A stretch of 64,000 nt of DNA from Trypanosoma brucei (lineage: Eukaryota): assembly GCA_000002445.1 (NCBI GenBank), contig CM000207.1:128001-192000 (forward strand), given 5' to 3'. This document shows, one piece after another, positions 10,232 through 23,346 of the stretch (the first letter of the stretch is position 1; every line of letters starts with the position of its first letter). The position numbers and the translations under genes were made by a program. Below the pieces are notes generated by a model. It saw only the letters and a list, made by a program, of their open reading frames with translations. It did no database searches and had not been told where the DNA came from.

Positions 10232-10600
10232 TAGTCATGCAGCGACTCCTTTTTTTTTTTTTACAATACCTTGCTGATTTTTGTTCCTTTAATGATGCAA
10301 CGGCTATTTTATTATATTTTGCCCCGGCGCAGGCGATAAGATTTATTATGTTTTTTTATACCAGGTTGCTGATTTTTTTATATTAGTGATGCAGCGGCTG
10401 TTTTTATATTCATTTTTACCGCGCCATCATTACGCGTTTGTTACTTCTTTTGCTTTTGTGAATTTAAGCTCTGCGATTTGGGCGGCAATCGGACAACAAA
10501 ATTTTCAAAAAAAAACGCTGGCGCGTGGCAGTTTCGCTGCGCGAAACGATTTGCTTTTAAGAGGGAAATAATTTAAAAATACTAATATTTGTGGGATAGC
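10232..10600 (+). repeat. Conserved subtelomeric element, partial tandem pieces (10232-10385) plus copy B (10386-10600)
   Basis: 'GTGATGCAGCGGCT...TTTGTTACTTCTTTTGCTTTTGTGAATTTAAGCTCTGCG...CGCTGCGCGAAACGATTTGCTTTTAAGAG...ACTAATATTTGTGGGATAGC' aligns to copies A and C. Upstream partial 'catgcagcgac' and 'tgatgcaacggct' starts suggest tandem fragments. Confidence 0.7.
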
Positions 10601-10689
10601 CGATCATCAAAATTAGCCATTAACCCTCAGCAACACAATCCAACGCTGCCACCCGACGGTTGAAGCCGCTCAACTGGCAGAGTGAAGTT

Positions 10690-11040
10690 TTATTTATTTA
10701 TTTTTTAATTCATTTTTTTTAATTTTAATTTTTTTCGTTCTTTTGTTCCGTTTTTTTTGAAAAATTAATTTTTTTTGCCGCATTTTACAGCACACACTTT
10801 CTATTTTTAACTTTCTTTTAATTTCCTTCGGGACCCGGTTTATATTTTTTTTAGATTTTTTTTAAAATTTTTTTCCACTTTTTTTTTCGAATTTTTTTAA
10901 ATTTTTATTCGAATTTATAATTTTTTTTGATTCACTTACAATTTTTAATTTTTAGGCCTTTGGTTTTTTCAGATTTTTGAATTTTTTGTTTTAGCGCGCA
11001 ACTTTTTTTTTTGCGCCCATTTTTTTGTTCGCCGCCCGAC
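10690..11040. repeat. T-rich low-complexity tract (AATTTTTT-type)
   Basis: Long runs of T and 'aatttttt' motifs, similar to 1750-2060 and 10000-10100. Resembles the T-rich spacer between a telomeric VSG and the telomere tract. Confidence 0.6.
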
Positions 11041-11051
11041 AAGCGGTGTTT

Positions 11052-11086
11052 CGGGTTAGCGGGTTCGGGTTAGGGTTAGGGTTAGT
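11052..11086 (+). repeat. Interstitial telomere-like repeats (GGGTTAG)n
   Basis: 'gggttagcgggttcgggttagggttagggttag'. Confidence 0.75.
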
Positions 11087-11101
11087 AATTTCTCTTTTTA
11101 A

Positions 11102-11462
11102 GTGATGCAGCGGCTCTTTTTTTTGATACGTGCCCTAAGCCTCATTTACCCAGCAGACATATTCGTCTTCATATTTTTCGCCTACAGCTTCGCCTCGATT
11201 TGTTACTCTTATGTTCATTTTTCTTTTGTTAATTTCAACTATACGGTTTGCGCTGCACACAGCTTCAAAAATATTTTTTTTCTTTTACGCTGCCGCGTTG
11301 TAGTTTCTCTCAACGAAACGATTTGTTTTCAAAAGAAAAAAAGAAAATATACTAATATTTGTGGGTAGCTAATTATCACGATTAGCAGTTAAGCAGTGGC
11401 TTCTCAATCAGGCGCCGTCACGTCAGCGGCTGAAGCCACTAAACCTCCAGGGTTGCGTTTTT
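11102..11462 (+). repeat. Conserved subtelomeric element, copy C
   Basis: Begins 'GTGATGCAGCGGCTC' and contains 'GATTTGTTACTCTTATG...', 'CAACGAAACGATTTGTTTTCAAAAG' and 'ACTAATATTTGTGGGTAGCTAATTATCACGATTAGC' blocks shared with copies A and B. Confidence 0.7.
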
Positions 11463-11479
11463 AACCCCGAATGAGACGA

Positions 11480-11775
11480 GAACAAAAAGTGAACTTTGAG
11501 TGGGGAAGCCAAACAAAAAGCAGCAGAACAAGCAAACTAAGCAGAAGGGAAAGATGGGAAAAATAATGACGACAAGAAATGTGCCGATTTTAAGACACAG
11601 CAAGAATACTAGGCGGCTGACGGTCCAAAACCAGCAGGAAAGAACAAATTTTGTGGTTGGATAGGAGAGGATGCCAGTGGAGGGTGATAAAGGTTTCAAA
11701 TATCGCTCTTCCAGTATTCTCGTCAATAAGAAATTGACTCTAAGTATGGCTTCTGATTTTGTGAGATTAATATAA
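11480..11775 (+). pseudogene. Orphan VSG C-terminal fragment (degenerate)
   Basis: '...KNKFCGWIGEDASGG' with a stop, then 'LVNKKLTLSMASDFVRLI' GPI-signal-like tail. Degenerate 16-mer 'TGATATCTTTTAACAG' at 11865-11880. Confidence 0.6.
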
Positions 11776-12044
11776 TTCTAATGATTTTTTAAATACTCAT
11801 TAATCTTATGAAATTTTGCTATTTCGTAAGCATTTGTTAAATTTTTTAAAAATATAATGACATCTGATATCTTTTAACAGTTTTTGATATAAATCTGCAC
11901 TTTTTAAAAAGTGTGTGTAAAAGTGGGTTACCGGTGCAGGGTATCAAAGTGATGGAGTATAAAAAATGCGTACTCATATATAATTTTCTAATTTGGTTCA
12001 TTTTTTGTCTTGTGGATATTTGTTAAGGCCATAAAAGTGATGCT

Positions 12045-12112
12045 TATAATAATAATAATGAAAATAATAATGTGAGAGCGTTGTTAGTGTGTGTATATAC
12101 TAATATTATCAA
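12045..12112. repeat. 70-bp repeat (single unit)
   Basis: 'aataataataatgaaaataataatgtgagagcgttgttagtgtgtgtatatactaatattatcaataa'. Confidence 0.8.
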
Positions 12113-13254
12113 TAAAAACAATTATGAATAGTAAGTGGATGGTTGAAAGAAAATTAGTTAATACAATGGAAAGCGTGCGATGGGGGTGATTAAATAAGGT
12201 AGAAATGGTGGATTAGAATGAAAATGGGTATCATTATAGAATGAAATGAAGTGATGAAACTGATTGTACGCATTGTCATGAGAAGAAAGTGACAAGACAT
12301 TATTATATGATATAATTTTGAGGATGCGATAATTGAGACACACAGCACGATACATCGAACAAATGTAGCAACTGCGTTGTACACAGTGATAGAACAAGGA
12401 GATAATGCTAACTAAAGTTCAAGGTGAAGGAGACAGTAAATGGATAAGAAACCACGTATATGAATCAATGAGCAATCTCTATAAAGTGGAAAGGATCAAT
12501 GGTTATATCCCTTCAATTCCCCATCGGTATACACGCTAGACGCTAAGAAATATAAGGAATGATTAAGGTATGTAAAAGTGGTTACATGCCTTAAGCCGAA
12601 AACAAACATTAACAAAATAAAAGTAGCGAAGAAGACATTTTCTGGCCACAAATTGCCTTGTCTTAAGCGTAAAAATCGCAAGATGGCAGAGCTAAATGAT
12701 GAAAAACAGGAGCTTCAAAGAAATTCTGACAGTGAAAAGCTTCTTGTTACTTTGTTATTCCAGCACCAGTTAGTACGGATAAAACTGTGGAAAAACAAAA
12801 ATTAATAATAGCCCTAAAGACTGAAATTTCATATATGTAAAGTTTGTCGACAGTTTGGAACAATTAGAAGCTATAATGTTGGAGAATACGTGGATATTTG
12901 ATATACCGAGAGGAATCAAGATGTTGTAGATTTTTATTAATGTGTTTAAATTAGTGTTTGGATATAAAAGAAAAGCCGTCAGCTGTTGACAGTTGGTTCT
13001 ACTCAACAAAGACGAACAATATTAAAGAAGTGCAACAGAAGTCGAGCTCAAACCAGCGAGACGATATGCACTCAAAGAGAGTAAAAACCCTAAAGTAAAC
13101 GATGTGCCCCGGCTAACTTCAATATTAAGATCAGACGTAGCGAAGACCACCGTAAGAAGAGAACTAAACGCCTCAACAACAACTTTTCTACGACCTGATT
13201 CTAACTTACGCCGACAAGAACAATAATGACTCTAATAAATTTATTTTTGAGTCG

Positions 13255-14870
13255 GTGACATCAGTCTCCAAGAGAGTGATGGCAGTAAGGGATAGTAGGC
13301 GACCAAACATACCCTTTATACAACGACACGACATAGCGCGGCTTTTCCTCATAATATCTCTAGCCGATGCTGCATCTGCATGCGCAGGCGACGCCGTTAA
13401 AAAAGAAGTGTGGCAACCCCTGTGTGCCGTGGCAGAGACACTGGCGGCAGCGGTGCCGGGAAGGACTGCAAACCCAAAAAAGAGCGTTAGCAGAGCAGAT
13501 TCGTGGCTCAAAGACAAACTGAAGATAATGGTATATTTTGGTAGACAGCCGCCCGGAGCAGCCACAAATCTCCGGCCGCTGCTGTAATCGCTTCCTGAGC
13601 TGCCGGCAATAACAGCCACACAGCTGCAAACGGCAATAGACGTAGCACTGAATGCACAGGCAGCCGGCAGTTACCTACAGGTCCGGATTGCTGAATTCGC
13701 AGAAATAGCTGCAGGGGCCTACGCTACATGCGGAACTCATGGGTGCCTAGAAGAATCAGGGGCAGCAATGCAGTGCAAGGAAGGCAAGCCTTGGGAAAAT
13801 GCGGTGTAGGCCCTCAGCTTGACGCTGAAGCGACGGCTAACAAAGCTATAACCAGTCCTTCGTCTCTGTTCGATGAGCTCACCACTGCCTCAGGCGATGC
13901 AACAACGACTGGAACTGTCCAGAACTACGCCCCAACTCAACACACCGGCACCAGCGTGGTGGGCGTACAAACACTAGCTGCGCCAGTAACATATTCCACC
14001 GGCTACCTCAGCCAGGCAACAGCAGGCGCCGCGATGATACACATTGTGAAGCCTGCAAAAACAGGAAAAAGAATTACAGCTGGAACCACTTATGCGGAGT
14101 TTGGCAACCTGTTCATATATGCCGCAGAGAATGAAATCGCGGCGGGCAAAGAGCATACAAAGTTCACCATTAAAGATCCGCAGGAATCGGCAGCAGCAAA
14201 CGCAGCGGCCCACCACCAGCTACTGAAGAAAACAAAAAAATACGACACAAGCAGCGACGCCGGCCCAGCAAGTGCGAAGCTAGAAGAGATCTACAAAGAC
14301 AGCGACAAGCCAACCGACCTCAAGGTATGGAAAGATATTAAAGAAACACAAATTCCAAACAAAGAATTTTCTACAAAGAAGACGGCGAGACTCCGCTCTC
14401 TGAAATACGGAGCGTTGAGCAACTTTTAAAACTACTTTCTAATTCAATAATAGCCAAAACAACGAAATAATCAAGTTAAAAGATGACGTAAAAGCTAACA
14501 AAAATAACAAACAGTCAAGCAATTCAGAAGAAGCTTGAAATAAAATCACAGACACTGACCCAAAGTCATGTAATTCTACTGAACATTGCCATTTTTACGA
14601 CACCAAACCAGCTGGAAAAAAGTGCACCTCGAAAATGGAACTGAAGGAAAGACTAGAAAAAGCAGGCCAAGAAGCAGGAGAAAAAATGGAAAGAAAGAGG
14701 AAAATGTCCAGGGAAAGGAGAGAAAGAATGTGAAGATAGTTGTAAATGGTAAGACTCAACTTGAAAAGATTACAGTTTCCTCGCAAATAAAAAATTTTCG
14801 CTGGCATCTGCTACATTGTGAGTGTGATTGCATTTTAGCATTCTTATATTCTAAGGATTTTTGCTTAATT
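13255..14870 (+). pseudogene. VSG pseudogene (frameshifted; a-type-like N-terminus)
   Basis: ORF 13255-13587 has a VSG-like N-terminus. ORF 13728-14429 continues the N-terminal domain in another frame. A degenerate C-terminal domain with 'SSQIKNF...' GPI-like tail follows at ~14560-14870. Exact 16-mer at 14909-14924. Confidence 0.7.
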
Positions 14871-14908
14871 TTATGAAAAAATTATTTTTCAAAATTATTT
14901 TTTAAATT

Positions 14909-14924
14909 TGATATATTTTAACAC
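14909..14924 (+). promoter_or_regulatory. VSG 3'-UTR 16-mer, exact TGATATATTTTAACAC
   Basis: Exact match to the canonical 16-mer. Confidence 0.75.
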
Positions 14925-15125
14925 TTTTTAACAAAAACTTTGCAAAAAGTTGAAAATTGTGAATATTTAAAAAATATCAAACATATGAAATATTTATGAT
15001 AGTGGCCTGTGGGTATAAAACAATTTGGAGTAAGGTATAAAAAAATGAGTGATATTATAATTTAGTTTACTTTCTTTATTTTATGAATATTAAAAGTAAT
15101 TTAGGTTTAAAATCCAAATAAAAAT

Positions 15126-15235
15126 ATGATAATAATAATAATATTGATGATGATGATATTAATAATAATAATGATGATGAAGATGATGATGATAGGTGAG
15201 TGTTGTGAGTGTCTATATACTGATATTATTGTAAT
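15126..15235. repeat. 70-bp repeat with expanded (ATR)n tract
   Basis: About 75 nt of ATA/ATG/ATT triplets followed by 'GATAGGTGAGTGTTGTGAGTGTCTATATACTGATATTATTGTAATG'. Confidence 0.85.
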
Positions 15236-15910
15236 GTTAGTGTTTGTAGATACTAAATGGTTTACCGCAACAGCAACAGTCGAAACAATGTCAAGGGCGC
15301 GACAAGACCAAGTAAATAATGTGAACAGCAGCTGAGTCAAGAAGGCAGACGGAAACGCATATTGTAGAGGCTTACATTCGGGCACAAATGTAAGGATGAA
15401 CAACATTATGCCCATTGAGATGATATAGGGTAAAATAAGTAAGAGAGAAGATGAAGTGTGCAGCCCATACGGTGTCACTACGTTATTGGAAACGCAAGCG
15501 GCGGTAGTTACAAAATATATGGTGATGGAAGAGTCTTTAAAATGTTTGGTTGCCGTGGTTGCAATAGGAAAACAGTATAAATATTAGCGTTTCTGAACAC
15601 AGAGAATGAACTAACTACTGCAATTTGACAAAAATACATAGAAGGGAAATGTGAATAATTCTATGTAACAGCAGGATTCACAGAATATGCAGCACTATGT
15701 GTGGTACAAGATCACTATTAAAACAAAATATAGATGAGAGGTTTAAAAAATTGCAGAATATTGACATACACTTTTGTAACAGCTACATCATGACAATAAC
15801 TTGGAATTACTTATGTAAACACTTTGGTGAAGAACATTTACTTATTTTCTCACTATATAATTTACTTTTATAAATATTCATAGTTATAATTATTATGGTA
15901 ATAGTATCTT

Positions 15911-16902
15911 GTGAAGTGTTTGAAGAGCAGCTGCATAATAATAGTTTATTTAATTTATATTGTTACGGCGATAAATGCACTTGTGTCGCTATACAGCTTA
16001 TTTGACGTGTGTAACACTATTTTACTAGAAGTTGATGATGATGAGTATATGAAATTTGTTTCAAAATATGTGAGGAGTATTTGGAGAACTGAAAATAATT
16101 TGGTTGTGGCTGGAATACCTTTCATAGATAATAATGAAATATTGAGAAGGAGGAATTTACAGAGAAAGAAACGTGTTGGGCTTATCCTGAAGTGGCAAGG
16201 AAATCAAATAACTTTACTGGCAAGTTGCTTATAATTTATGCCATTTCACCTCATACATATAACAATTGTGAGCTAAGAGAAGTTGTTTAAGAAGGGGAAT
16301 ATTTAAACAAGTACATTATTATTTTACCTGTTTGTGATGTAAATCCAACAACAAATAAGAAAGTGGGAGAGGCGCGTAATTTGGGATGGGAAGCAGAACT
16401 CACAGTTAGTAGAAAAACATATTTGTGATTCAAATTTGCCGTTGAAATATTTTATAAAAATAGTCCCTATATAATGAAAGCAGATGATGACATTTTTATA
16501 AGAGTACCACTCTATCTGAAATATCTAGAGGTGCTTCAAAGAGAGAAATTGAACATGAGAAGGGAAATTGGATATCCTAAAGATTTTAGTGATGAAATTA
16601 CATGGCATACCATTGGATATGCGTCCACACTGTCCAAAGATGTAGTTAAGGAAATTGTGGATTATAAACCTTTGAAAGACCTAGTGAAATCACCAATTAA
16701 ATTCAGAAATTTCGAATCATATATTGATTTAAGAGCACTTAATGAAGATATTATGATTGGGGAAGTTATAAGGAACAAATTAAAATTTGAGGGTTTACTG
16801 ACTGTAGATATGCAGGTGTGTCGTTATGTGATGCATACGAACAGGAGCGCTTCCTACGAAACTAATTTGACGACTGAAAAACTATCGTTTCCCATCATAT
16901 AA
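15911..16902 (+). pseudogene. Glycosyltransferase-like (beta-3-GT / GT67-type, DxD) pseudogene; paralogue of the gene at 58829-59881
   Basis: ORFs 15911-16234 (frame 2) and 16474-16902 (frame 1) together parallel the intact 350-aa ORF at 58829: 'VVAGIPFIDNNEILRRRNLQRKKR', 'MKADDDIFIRVPLYLKYL', 'ALNEDIMIGEVIRNKLKFEGLLTVDMQ'. The frameshift at ~16240-16470 marks it as a pseudogene. Confidence 0.65.
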
Positions 16903-17249
16903 GCAAACCTAACTGTATGTACCTCGAAGCAGCTACAAATATGATTCTATGGTGAAGCCCCGAATTCAAAAGTCGTACAAAAATTGACGAACGTTTTGTA
17001 GAATTTAAGTGCTAAAGTCTCCCTTCTTAAGTTCAGATAAGAGAGAAAGTTTTATAAAAACACATAGACCATCAACTACTGATATCTGCATTAAGACAAA
17101 ACCAATGTTGAAACTACGCCCCCGAAATAGTTACATCTTCTCCAACCATCTTTATGCAACTTCAAAAGGATGATGAAGGAGGTTTTTGCACTGTTGACGC
17201 CACTGGTTCTTCTGCTACCTCTTCAATTGAAAGCTTTCAAAAAAACCCA

Positions 17250-17880
17250 GAGTGTTTATGGTTGTAGTTCAAACTCATGCAACTCAAGGATGATGTAAGC
17301 TCATATTGAGTGCCAAACTAAGTAACATTGAAATTATTACAATTGCAATGGGAGGTTTGTATAGCCATGTTACGAGACCGACATGGGTTATGGAATTTTA
17401 AAAAAACAGAATGCAAGTGATGAGGATGTTGTAATAACTGTGAATTGATCTGATGTTATTGTTACTGAACAGGTAAGAAGTATGAGAATGCAGTGGAATA
17501 TTTTATTCATAACAACATCAAAATGTTACGCACTTCAGTTTGATTTGATTATAAACTCAGATCACAAGGAGCATGTGCAGAGATGTTATTTGTTTTTTAA
17601 ATATTGGTTACAGAAAAGAAGAGGATAAAAAATTACCTCATTTACTGAAATCACCTCCTAGTAGAAAACCTTATGTTAGTGTTGATGGTTTAATAGCAAG
17701 AGTATGGACGTTTAAAAAATTTGAATATGCTTTTGGAGAATTATTAAAAGGGGGCGATGAGTGGTGGTTTGAGCAAAGTATTTATAAGACTTTGCTGATT
17801 TACAGTACAGTTCAAAAGGAAACTGTTGGGAAGAGATTTGTCTTGAGGAGGTGAATGATTGGATTGGATTGTGAGGAACG
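17250..17880 (+). pseudogene. Repeated subtelomeric 'X' element, copy 2 (ORF 17573-17854)
   Basis: Nucleotide-level similarity to 4381-5100 ('gcaactcaag.atg.tgtaagctcatattgagtg.caaactaagtaa', 'aatattggttacagaaaagaagaggataa'). Conserved ORF 'DGLIARVWTFKKFEYAFGELLKGGDEWWFEQSIYKTLLIYS'. Confidence 0.5.
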
Positions 17881-18338
17881 TTTCTTTTTTATTCCATATA
17901 ATGGGGAGTTGGACGTGGCTCCACTTATTCATTATTCGGGGAACATAATTTCATGGGACCAAAAAGTGAAGTTCATTGTGAAAATCTTAGTTGGTTTCTA
18001 GACCTTATACTCCACCAACCACAGCACAAACCGCCGTCTGCGGTAACAGTGTTTTAAATAGACGGACAGGAAATCGGTCTTGTATACAGTTTTATCCGTA
18101 GAACATGCATCTCTTCAGCTGCTCTGTTCGACCATGCAAAAGACGGACCGTAACATCAGCAGGAGCAGCTGGCTAAGCGGCGGCAAGGGTCGAGGTGACA
18201 GTCTTCATTAAGAAAAACTAAGCTCTTGGAATAACCAGTAAAGCCAAAATTAGTTAAACTCCCCTATGTTGCAAGCGCACCACCACTTCACAAAAGCACC
18301 ATCCAAAACATAACTACCACAGAGCAAGGTAAGTCACA

Positions 18339-19893
18339 ATGGAACGCACCATAAGCTGGACTAATCTTTGCCCAGCTTCAGCCACGCTTATACTGTTGCT
18401 TTTGCAACTGTCGGAAGCCGCAACTACAAATGGGAAAACGCCCTGGCTTTCAGTGCGCTCTTCGACCTTTATAATCTAAGGCATGCGACCGCGCCATCTG
18501 CGCGGGCAAGGCAATTTTTTGCAGCGGATGATGTAGTAGAAACGCTTTTTAACCTGAACCTCAAAACGGTGAGGAACACGCTTCAGAGACAAAAGATGAC
18601 GATTTTAAAGGAGTTTCGGATATCTCCGGAAGGAATGTGCAGCTGCAACCATGGGTCAGCAAAGTTAAAGCTATCGATGATCTGGGCAAGTCAGGCACTA
18701 AACCGGGGCCTTATGCACCAGTTCCATCAAACCTGTACAAGCCAATAGCCAATGCTCAAATAAGCTCGATGCACGCTCAAGCGACAAAACTGCAAGAAGA
18801 ATACACCAACGCTCTAAAAGTTATACAGGAAGCGCCAAACACAGCAGCAATACACATAGCCAACTCCATATACGGCCAAGACAAAACAACGTTCGACGCT
18901 TCAGCCTTCACCAACACCAAAAAGCAGATGTGCGGTGACTGAACAAACGGCCACGCAAACCTCTACCGCAACGTAATAAACGACATGCTTTGCCTTTGTA
19001 CAGCGGACAGCAGCGAATCGGATAAAACCTGCGTGGAAAAAAACATAGGCGACGTCGCCAGCGACACAACCGAAGCGGCGACAGCAGCATCAAATCTTGA
19101 AGGAACCTGCACACAAAAAAAGAAACAAAAAAAGAGCTCTAAGAAGCGCTAATCCAGGCCAAGCTGGCGGATTTTTTCAACAACGTAGGCGCCATACCAG
19201 ACAGTCAGACTGACCCATCGGTACGATTCGTACTCGGCGAGGCGCATGGCGGTGGATGCGTAGGCTCAAGCGACACCCAATACGTAAATTACAAAGCTCA
19301 GTTTGCCACCGACGGCCGCGGCATTCCCTATGTAACCGAGATGGAGGCAGCATCTGCAGGCTTAAGGCTGGCCGCCGCATCCTACAGCCTAGCAGTCAGC
19401 ATCGAAGACGAGCTAAAAAGTCTGAAAGAGTAGGCAACCAGCCTACGAAGTGCAGCAGTCATAATCATTGCTCTACCTGATCGGACGGCTGAAGCGGCAC
19501 TCAATATCCCTAAAGAACTAAGTGAAAGTGCAGAAAAGGCTTGTAATAAAATAGATGAAGACAAATGCAACGCCGATAAAAAGTGCAGTTATGAAGCGAA
19601 AATTGATGGGACTAAAAGTGCAAATATATTGCAACAAAATACACAGCAAATGGTGTCCCTGCAACACAACCTCAAACTAAAGGAACACCTACTGTTAACT
19701 GTGCTGCCCACAATGACAGAGCAAACTGTGAAAAGGAAAATTTTGGAAAATCAAGCCCCTTTTGTGGATGGAGAAAGGGCAAAGATGGAGAACCTTATCA
19801 AAATAAAGAAATGTGTTGAAATTGAAGTTTTCTCGTCAATAAAAAAATTGCCTCTGATTGCTGTTGCTTTTATAAGTTTGGAAGCACCTTAGG
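18339..19893 (+). pseudogene. VSG pseudogene (multiple frameshifts and stops; a-type-like)
   Basis: Signal 'MERTISWTNLCPASATLILLLLQLSEAA'. N-domain pieces in ORFs 18368-18748 and 18637-18942. C-terminal domain at 19440-19893 with 'CNADKKCSYEAK' and the tail 'IKKCVEIEVFSSIKKLPLIAVAFISLEAP'. Confidence 0.7.
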
Positions 19894-20133
19894 ATTATAA
19901 TGGTTTTATAAAAATTTGCCTAATTTTATGAAACCTTATGAACTTACCGAACTTTAATATATTATAACAAGTGTTGAAAAAATATATAATTTTAGCGGTT
20001 TGAAACTAAAAAAAAGTAAAAATTGGTTTAAAATGAGTGAAACTTACCTATGAGTGTAAAGTAGGAATATAGGGAATGCACACAAATGATATTCTGAAAA
20101 CTTTATAATTTGACTATTTTGTTCATTTTATGA

Positions 20134-20192
20134 ATAACAATAATAATAATAGAAGAGTGTTGTGAGTGTTTATATACAAATATTATAATGAA
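20134..20192. repeat. 70-bp repeat (single unit)
   Basis: 'aataacaataataataatagaagagtgttgtgagtgtttatatacaaatattataatg'. Confidence 0.8.
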
Positions 20193-21689
20193 GGTGGTTG
20201 TAAAGAGTAAGTGCAAGGCGAAATAGAAGTACATAAAAATGAGTATAGTGCAATAAGTGACAGTGTGAGTGTAAAAAGAGTGTTATTAATATAAAATGGA
20301 GAAAAGGGGAAGCAAAAACGTGTAGTTTTAAATACAAATATGACAATAGGAATAATTATACACAACACGATTGTAGAAGACAATGAGGGAGAGGAAGAGC
20401 ATGGATTTAATACCAAATGAAGTAGTTATGTTATCCATGTAAGCATGAAAAGAAAAAAGTAAAAGGAGCAAAACATGGATTGGAAAAACGAGATTCACAA
20501 CATGAAAGTACAGAAGAAAATAAGTAGGAAGATTGTGCTCTTCATTTCACCAATAAAAAGATGGACGCTTCCGCGAAAATAATGGTGGCGACTGTGGTTT
20601 TAAATCTAACGCCAGATCCTAACGTTCATCTATAGAGCCTCAGCAGAGGCAGAAACGATGGATTGGATAAGTGTGAGGTAATGGCGAAGTCCTTTTCCAA
20701 TCAGATATAGTAATAAAAGTTAAAATTTGCGGGAAACAATATAATGCTATGTGTAGAAAAGGTTCTATACTAGGGTTACCAATGGATTTCCATGAAGAGA
20801 AAAGAATAAGAAGCCTGCTAAACTGCTTGAAAAAGCGCATCTGTGGACTTTTAGAAGTACTTTGCATAAAGTTAAAAAGTTTTGTGACAACGTGCTGACA
20901 ATTCTATGCAGGTACACGTGTGTAAAAATGACGCCTCCTAAAGATCATACAATTAATGAAAACTTTGTCAATGACACCAACTAAAACTGAATCTTAAAAA
21001 AGTAAAACTTAAAATGCAGCTATTCGTGATCCGCAAATTACTGTGTTTTAAACTGTAGCGCAGTTAACCCACCAGCACCACTAAAAAGAAGTTAACTCAA
21101 CAACGAAAGCTTGGAAAACAAATACTTTATTATGCTTTTTTAACCTAGAGTAGTGCAACGAGTTAACACAAAAATAGATTTCATTACAAGCGATAACTAT
21201 TATATTTTATATTAGGGAATTATTAGTGCTTGGTGAAAGAATGGAAAGTGAAGCAGCGGAAGAAAAGATAGGAATTTTATAGATGCGGGTAAACATGGGT
21301 TTAAATCTGGTACGCAATCATAAATTAGAAGTTAAAGCGTAAAAAAGTAACCCATATACGTGGGTAACCTGTGTATAGCCTGGAGACCCAAAATCGGTAG
21401 GTGCAAGATACTCAGTTTTAGTTGCTGCATACAGTGTCAGGTTTCCAGGCAGATGCTGCTAACAAAGCATGCCATGACCGCATAAGCCGTCTTGTAGCAT
21501 GGAATGACCTGCTAACACCGGCTGACCGACCATGCTACCTAGTCTTAACCAAAACAACAGAGGCTATTCAGTAAGGTGTCTCACTGAAAAGACTGGTTTT
21601 TCTATGCTTAATTGCCGCCTACAACACATAGAAGCAATATGAACAAGATTTTGCCTACAGTAGGTGAGGCAACGTCGCTTCCACGCCGA

Positions 21690-23240
21690 ATGAAAGTCTT
21701 TTTCGCAATAATAGCAGCAGCAGCGGCACTAAAGGAGGCGGCTGCAAACGACGGCCCAGCGCTAAACATGGAAGAGCTAAATGCGGTCTGCGAGGTTTTC
21801 AATCTTCTCAAAGCTGATACGACCAAACTCCAAAAGCTAACTCTAGACGAAACCGAAATAGTCGTGATAAGAGCACTAAACATATCAGTCTCTGATCCGG
21901 AGTGGAATCAGCAATTTCCAACAGTTTCCGACCGCGGAAAAGACGCCCAACTCAGAGGAAGATCCGTGCAAGAATGACCCGAAAAACAAAAAATGCAGCG
22001 CAGAATGAAAGGCATGGGCAGCCGACAACATCAGAGCAAACACCGATGGAACGATGCCAAAGAACCTACCAATTCCCAAGGCTAAGCTAGCGACACCAGA
22101 AGGCAGGGCGGCAGCAATGCAACTGGCATCCTTAACGGCAGAGGCAGTGGCGACAAAATTGGAATTCGAACGCAGCATCAACGGAGCGCTCACAGATGTG
22201 GCATCAAGAGTCACAGCCTTGCCGACGGAAGCGATATACGGTCAGCAAACAGACGGCAAGGAAGAAAATGTCCAGTGAAAACTAGCAACGGGAAGCCAAA
22301 GACATGACATATGTGCCATGCCGAACGTCGGCGATGCATTGTGCACAAAACTAGCCTGCATCTGCAGCAAGAACAACGAAGGGACAATGACAACCGACGT
22401 ATGCGGCGCGCCAACAACACAAACAGTAACTAAGACATCACCATCGACGTACCAAGCAGCCGCGGCAACTCTATTAAAAGTCTGTCAGAAGGCCGCGGCA
22501 CAGGAACTCACACCGCACAACATACACAGATTACTAGGCAACCTAAAGTCTCTGCTGCGAACCAAAGCCAACGCCGCCAACATGGCGGTCATCCTGGGTA
22601 AGATGGGAACAACATACCAATGTGGGAACACGGCGGGCACGGCATGTGCTGACTTTACAAAAGCAGTCATAACAAAAGAAGCTAACACACCTCAGGAAAT
22701 CAAATTGGAAACGAACCTGAAAAATGCAGCTAATGCTTTAGCGCTAGCAGCAAACGCACAGGCGGCCCAAAGCGAAGCAAAGCGACGATTAATCAGTTTC
22801 AAACGAAAGGCGAAGCATCTCTTTGAACACCTGGCTACAAAAAAATGACAGCCGCACCTCAAATCACAGCCAAACAGCTCAATAGCGAAGAAAAAACAGC
22901 CAACTGCGAAGCAATAATGAAAGCAGCCAAAATGCCAATGGAAAGGCAAAAATAATGAGGATGGCACCCACTTCAAACTGAACGAAACACACGTAGTAAA
23001 ACAAACGACCCAAACAGGAACAGGAGATGGAGCTGCAGGAGCAGCATCTAAAACTGGGTGTGCAAGGCACGGAACTGATAAGGCTGCTTGTGAAAATGAC
23101 AAAACAGGGGACAAACAAAATTGTGCATGGAGGAAGGGTAAAGATAATGAACCTGATCTAGAAAAAGAAATGTGCCGAAATGGAAGTTTTCTCCTCAATA
23201 AGAAATTGGCTATGATGTCTGGTACTTTTATGAGATTGGG
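21690..23240 (+). pseudogene. VSG pseudogene (fragmented over three or more frames)
   Basis: Signal 'MKVFFAIIAAAAALKEAAAN'. N-domain pieces in ORFs 21612-21977, 22054-22278, 22318-22848. C-terminal domain '...CARHGTDKAACENDKTGDKQNCAWRKGKDNE...NGSFLLNKKLAMMSGTF'. Exact 16-mer at 23331-23346. Confidence 0.7.
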
Positions 23241-23330
23241 AGCATTTTATTATTTTAACAAATTTGTTGAATTTTATGAAATATGTTATTTTGAGAGAAT
23301 TTACTGAAATTTATGAAATTTACTAAAACT

Positions 23331-23346
23331 TGATATATTTTAACAC
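23331..23346 (+). promoter_or_regulatory. VSG 3'-UTR 16-mer, exact TGATATATTTTAACAC
   Basis: Exact match to the canonical 16-mer. Confidence 0.75.
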
